Assembly: GCA_002269645.1 (NCBI GenBank)
Contig: NIVC01001859.1
Span: 58,444 to 122,443, forward strand
Reading direction: 5' to 3'
Length of the DNA stretch: 64,000 nucleotides
From: Macrostomum lignano
Lineage: Eukaryota
The position numbers were made by a program, and so were the translations under genes. The notes under the pieces are model-generated. The model made no database searches, was not told where the DNA came from, and saw nothing but the letters and a program-made list of their open reading frames with translations. Each line of letters starts with the position of its first letter. Position 1 is the stretch's first letter. Positions 63,350 through 64,000 of this stretch are shown here, piece after piece.

Positions 63350-63769
63350 CTGTTGGTTGTAAAATGAGATTAACTGGGTCAAATTCGTGTCCATCTAGAA
63401 AGCGAAATACGTCAAGAATTTAATCCCCTAGTGGAGCTGATCTCTCTACAACGTAAAAATCAATACCTTAATCTTTTAACCTGAGAAACAACGACCTAAA
63501 CTCTAATCTCTTCAACTGAGAATATTGATTTTAATCCATTAATCCAAAACACTAATCAACCCCTCGAAGCTAACATAGGAGCGCATTTGTTCTTTACAAG
63601 AGTACTCGTATAAAACAAGCATAAACATAAGCAATAAACATAAACATAAACAACAAAAGACCTGAGTACTAAATAAGCATTTGCGAAATTCCAGTGGGCT
63701 GGTTTGCGCAATAAATTATAATATATTAACGAACCGACCCCAAAACAACCCACCACCCCAAAATACATG

Positions 63770-64000
63770 CCTACACCCACCACCACAAAACACAGGCCTC
63801 AACCCACCACCCCAAAACACAGGCCTCAACCCACTACCCAAGAACACAGGCCTCAACCCACCACCCCAAAACACAAGCCTCAACCCACCACCCCAAAACA
63901 CAAGCCTCAACCCACCACCACAAAACACAGGCCTCAACCCACCACCCCAAAACACAAGCCTCAACCCACTACCCAAGAACACAGGCCTCAACCCACCACC
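63770..64000. repeat. 27/28-bp minisatellite (ACACAGGCCTCAACCCACCACCCCAAA), runs off the right edge
   Basis: Direct reading. Confidence 0.9.

Overview
Eukaryotic (animal) genomic DNA. It is most likely a macrostomid flatworm (Macrostomum-like), inferred from GC- and Ala-rich exons, introns filled with tandem repeats, (GACA)n tracts and TTAGGG motifs; this taxon call is not confirmed. Spliced gene models were rebuilt by hand from GT-AG sites with phase checks. + strand: PRMT3 (6 exons), archease/ZBTB8OS (1 exon), a class A peptide-type GPCR (2 exons), SF3A1 (2 exons) and TARBP1/Trm3 (about 15 exons, C-terminal SPOUT domain). - strand: an intronless secreted PAN + C-type lectin gene nested in PRMT3 intron 3, and the 3' part of an LRR single-pass receptor. 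Mobile DNA: a decayed Ty3/Gypsy element, a Tc1-like remnant, a CMC/CACTA-like non-autonomous element with a nested hAT MITE, a small MITE and two tRNA-derived SINE families, one copy inserted inverted into a relative. About 35 tandem arrays are present. Most unusual observations: (1) a 1.7-kb tract with no CpG over a transposon remnant, with C-to-T/G-to-A damage suggestive of methylation-driven or RIP-like mutation, while host exons stay CpG-rich; (2) 20 of 21 introns in the + strand genes carry tandem or simple repeats, and several arrays share short seeds across exons and genes; (3) four co-oriented RNA-processing genes each have a splice acceptor just upstream of the ATG, as expected for SL trans-splicing or operons. 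No prokaryotic-type system, CRISPR, rRNA or intact tRNA gene was found. Coordinates were read manually; array ends are approximate (tens of bp).
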